Shown here: positions 60,976 to 64,000 of the stretch, piece by piece | Numbering within the stretch: position 1 is the stretch's first letter | How the letters are laid out: each line of letters opens with the position of its first letter | Source of the DNA: a virus | IMG/VR virus record: IMGVR_UViG_3300002835_000026 | Length of the DNA stretch: 64,000 nucleotides | Direction: 5' to 3' (one strand) | Program-made: the position numbers and the translations under genes | Notes under the pieces: generated by a model | What the model saw: only the letters and a program-made list of their open reading frames with translations | What the model was told of the DNA's origin: nothing | Database searches by the model: none

Positions 60976-62832
60976 TTATAAAGGTACTACTTTACCTTGA
61001 ATGTCTGTGTTTAAGTATTTTACTTCAAATATAGATGGATCTAAACTAGGATAAATAACATTATTTGCTGTTGCTCCTGTAATATCGTAAGCATAAGGTG
61101 AATATCCTAAATTAGTACCTACTTTATTTACTATATCCACAGTTTTTACTGTTTGAACTCCTTCAATTCTATCTAAAAGTATATATAAATTACGTAATAA
61201 GATAGGTTGATTAATTTGCCATTTATCAATTGTGAAATAATCTTGTAATGCTAATATACAAGCTGTTAATACTTGATTATTATTATAGTTAGGTAAAATT
61301 ATAATTTCAAAATTTACTCCAATATTAATAATAAATCCATCTTTAATATTAATAGAATCATTAACCATTCTATATTGTGATAGATAAGTAATTACATTTT
61401 GTTTTAAAGCTAATGAGCCTGTGGTTAATTGACCTTGAGCATTATTACTTAAAACATATAAATCTAATATTGAATTAGATTCACCAGCTGATATAGTTTG
61501 TGCTTTAGTAGGTTCAATATATGCTTTTGCTACTGTACCATATTTAGCCGGCATAGCTAATGTTCTAACTAAATAATCATCTTGAGTAACATTACGTTGT
61601 TGTGAAGCAAAGTTAGCAGATGAATTTTGTCTAATTTCTTCTTCTGTATCTCCACTACCTCCTCCACTTGCTGCTTCTGGATTTGATACAGCTAATGAAT
61701 TAAATATTGTATTAGCTGTAGTAGAATTTAGATTACTATTTAAGAATTGAACACTGCCATTAAACTGAGTTAAGTCATTAGACGGCACATTCGCTGAAAC
61801 TCCTCCTCCAGTTAAGTAACTAAAGGTTAATTGAGTAGTAGACGGAGCTATACCATAGGTACGAGTAAAAGTAAAGTTATTAGGTGAGTAAGCTACTGTT
61901 AATCTATCTTTTTCAAATGGTAAACCTAAACCAACATTGTCTGGATTAGGAATAATTTCTTCATCTTTATCTGTTGCGGTTCCAGCACCAAATTGTATTT
62001 GTAATGAGCCTGAATCAATAAAACGAGTAACAAATCTTCTTTGAACTTGTTCTAATTGTAATAAATAAGGTGTATCTCCTTGATATTGTGATAAATAAGG
62101 ATCGTTAGTGTTAGTATTTCTTATTGATTTATAAATTGTATCTTGAGCTAAATAATCAACTTCATACCATGGATTACTATCAGTATCAACACAATCTAAT
62201 ATACCAATAATATTTTCATCATTTAATTCAACAGTTGCAAATTGAACTGGTTCTCCAAATGTATAAGTTTTAGACTTAAGAGTAGCAGAAATAGATTTAC
62301 GAGTTTTCTTTAATAAAAATGATTGAGGAGTTGTTCCTGTTATTTGATATATAGTTACTTCAGTTGGATCACTTGAACTTGAAAATGAAAAATCAACTGG
62401 ATCTCCAACTAAAAATGAAATGTTTGAATTAAGATTAGATGTTACTCTAGAATTAGGTTCAATATATAAAGCATAATTAAAATCAGGTATATAAGATGAA
62501 CCTGAAGATATAGCAGGTACTTGTTGATAAAAATTTATATCAGCTAATGCTACACCTGTTACATTTGGTTTATAACCAAACATATAAGCTAATTCATATA
62601 AATTATTTGTTTGACGAGCATATTGTAAAAATGTTTCTTGGAATTGATTATCTAAATAGAATGACAAAACATCACCTACATAAGCTGCCATTTCCATAAA
62701 CATCATACCTGGTGATGCTGGAGTAAAATCGTTATACGTAGTTGGAAAATACGTTTTAACGTAGTTTACTAAACTAGATCTTAACTCTGTAAAATCTTTA
62801 TTTAGGTACTTTATATCTTTAATTGTTGCCAT
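60976..62832 (-). CDS. gp6: Baseplate wedge protein, T4 gp6 / baseplate J-like
   Basis: KDFTELR, YNDF...GMMFMEMAAYVGDVLSFY, GYKP, YLTGGG...N, ASGG...EEIR...QQRNVTQDDY. Confidence 0.85.
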   Translation of the reverse strand: MATIKDIKYLNKDFTELRSSLVNYVKTYFPTTYNDFTPASPGMMFMEMAAYVGDVLSFYLDNQFQETFLQYARQTNNLYELAYMFGYKPNVTGVALADINFYQQVPAISSGSSYIPDFNYALYIEPNSRVTSNLNSNISFLVGDPVDFSFSSSSDPTEVTIYQITGTTPQSFLLKKTRKSISATLKSKTYTFGEPVQFATVELNDENIIGILDCVDTDSNPWYEVDYLAQDTIYKSIRNTNTNDPYLSQYQGDTPYLLQLEQVQRRFVTRFIDSGSLQIQFGAGTATDKDEEIIPNPDNVGLGLPFEKDRLTVAYSPNNFTFTRTYGIAPSTTQLTFSYLTGGGVSANVPSNDLTQFNGSVQFLNSNLNSTTANTIFNSLAVSNPEAASGGGSGDTEEEIRQNSSANFASQQRNVTQDDYLVRTLAMPAKYGTVAKAYIEPTKAQTISAGESNSILDLYVLSNNAQGQLTTGSLALKQNVITYLSQYRMVNDSINIKDGFIINIGVNFEIIILPNYNNNQVLTACILALQDYFTIDKWQINQPILLRNLYILLDRIEGVQTVKTVDIVNKVGTNLGYSPYAYDITGATANNVIYPSLDPSIFEVKYLNTDIQGKVVPL

Positions 62833-63239
62833 TAATTGAATGCTATATCTAATTGATCACTTATATTAGTGTCTGCTATTGTATATTTTAATGTTACTAC
62901 TACTTGGTTTATATCTGGATATTCTATAACATCTAATCTAGCTACTATAACATTAGGAAAATATAAACCTATTTGGGTTTGAATATCTTGTTTTAAAAAA
63001 TCAGTATTATTAGCTGTTATTTGTTCAAATATAAAATTTCTTAAATTACCACCAAATAATGGATTTAAATAACGTTCTGGTTGGTTGGTTAAGAAAAAAT
63101 TTATTAAATTATTCTTAATAGCATCTTTAGTTAAATAAGTAGACTGAAATACTCCAGGATTACTAAAATCTAAACTAACACCAATAGCCGTACCAGTTTT
63201 AGTATCAATAGGAAATATTTTTTGTGCACCAAATGCCAT
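62832..63239 (-). CDS. gp25: Baseplate protein, T4 gp25-like
   Basis: IKNNLINFFLTNQPERYLNPLFGGNL...FE. Confidence 0.85.
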   Translation of the reverse strand: MAFGAQKIFPIDTKTGTAIGVSLDFSNPGVFQSTYLTKDAIKNNLINFFLTNQPERYLNPLFGGNLRNFIFEQITANNTDFLKQDIQTQIGLYFPNVIVARLDVIEYPDINQVVVTLKYTIADTNISDQLDIAFN

Positions 63240-63241
63240 TA

Positions 63242-63595
63242 TTATTTATTTAATAAACCCATAATTTGATCTAATCCAACATTACCATCAGGTAAAGATC
63301 CATTAATTGCATCTCCTCCTCTAGGTATAAATGTATTAGCAGTAAGAGCTTCTGTTGTCATTGTTCTACCAGATGCCATATCACCTAAAATATTAGCCAT
63401 AACTGCTTTTTTAGCATTTGGATCTAATGGTTTAGAACTAATTGGTTTAACTGATTCTGTAACAGTTCCATAACCACCTTGACCTGCTGAGGCTTTAGGT
63501 GCTTTAACCGCTTCTAAAAGTATTTCTTTCATTTCTTCAACGAATACTTCACGAACGGCTTCTTTAATGATTTTTTTAAATTCTTCTGATTTCAT
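63242..63595 (-). CDS. Hypothetical protein, N-terminus MKSEEFKKIIKEAVRE
   Basis: 117-aa ORF; late motif at 63600-63609. Confidence 0.65.
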   Translation of the reverse strand: MKSEEFKKIIKEAVREVFVEEMKEILLEAVKAPKASAGQGGYGTVTESVKPISSKPLDPNAKKAVMANILGDMASGRTMTTEALTANTFIPRGGDAINGSLPDGNVGLDQIMGLLNK

Positions 63596-63613
63596 CGTGT
63601 TATAAATATTAAG

Positions 63614-64000
63614 TTAATAGGCTTTTAAATTATCTCTATCAATAATTAGTTTTAATTCATCAATTAATGTTTGATCATCAGTTGTAAATGATAATTCGGT
63701 TTGAATTAATATAATACCATCTTGATTTTTACCAATAGCTCGTCTACGAGTTATAGTAGAAGTATATGGTACTAATTCAATTTCAATAATAAAGCCTTTA
63801 TAAGTTGTTTGATTTTGTGTTATTGTTGCTTGAGCTTGAACATCTGCTATATCTTGTGTTTCTTTAGATATAGGAACTAATTCATTTGCTTGATCTGGGG
63901 CGCATTTTTTTAAGAAAATATCAATAGAACTTAATAATCCTATAGCTATTAATACAAATCCACCAATAATAGATGATACTAATGCTGCTCCTCCAATTAT
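63614..64000 (-). CDS. Partial CDS (3' end, ...IDRDNLKAY*)
   Basis: Frame open from the window edge to TAA at 63614-63616 (manual translation). Confidence 0.7.
   Translation of the reverse strand: MIGGAALVSSIIGGFVLIAIGLLSSIDIFLKKCAPDQANELVPISKETQDIADVQAQATITQNQTTYKGFIIEIELVPYTSTITRRRAIGKNQDGIILIQTELSFTTDDQTLIDELKLIIDRDNLKAY

Noticed and set aside
1-64000. Alternative genetic code (stop-codon reassignment), as seen in some large phages
   Set aside because: Core genes are full length under the standard code and coding density is high
1-64000. tRNA genes, introns or inteins in terminase, portal or capsid genes
   Set aside because: No cloverleaf recognised in the few intergenic gaps; core proteins have ordinary lengths and no intein motifs were seen

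Overview
64 kb from a large, AT-rich T4-like (myovirus-type) phage genome. All credible genes are on the minus strand and use the standard code. A Bacteroidota host is likely: no Shine-Dalgarno sites, signal peptides followed by Gln, and a Bacteroidota-style IscA. In transcription order (right to left): baseplate/tail genes (gp25, gp6, large Ser/Thr-rich proteins); GIY-YIG protein, primase and exonuclease; an ~18 kb block of small and modular orphan genes; an FAD-oxidoreductase/metallophosphoesterase/IscA operon; a spanin-like pair, terminase, portal, prohead protease, a secreted nuclease, scaffold, major capsid protein, PhoH and neck/tail-completion genes; and a 3522-aa Gly-X-Ser repeat fibre. 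The main candidate new system is a capsid-cargo addressing and processing code. About 20 orphan proteins share short terminal peptides with the scaffold (RMQK[LI]AGI; ELKxLIxE) or resemble the T4 capsid-targeting sequence (MxxLIxLLxE). Several are polyproteins with putative prohead-protease sites ([LIM]-x-E) between domains, including nucleotidyltransferase, ADP-ribosyltransferase-like and metallopeptidase domains. Also seen: two phage promoter classes, a pseudoknot-plus-hairpin RNA element, and strong [ST]-[GAS]-S enrichment in exterior virion proteins. All family assignments come from motif recognition; no database search was run.
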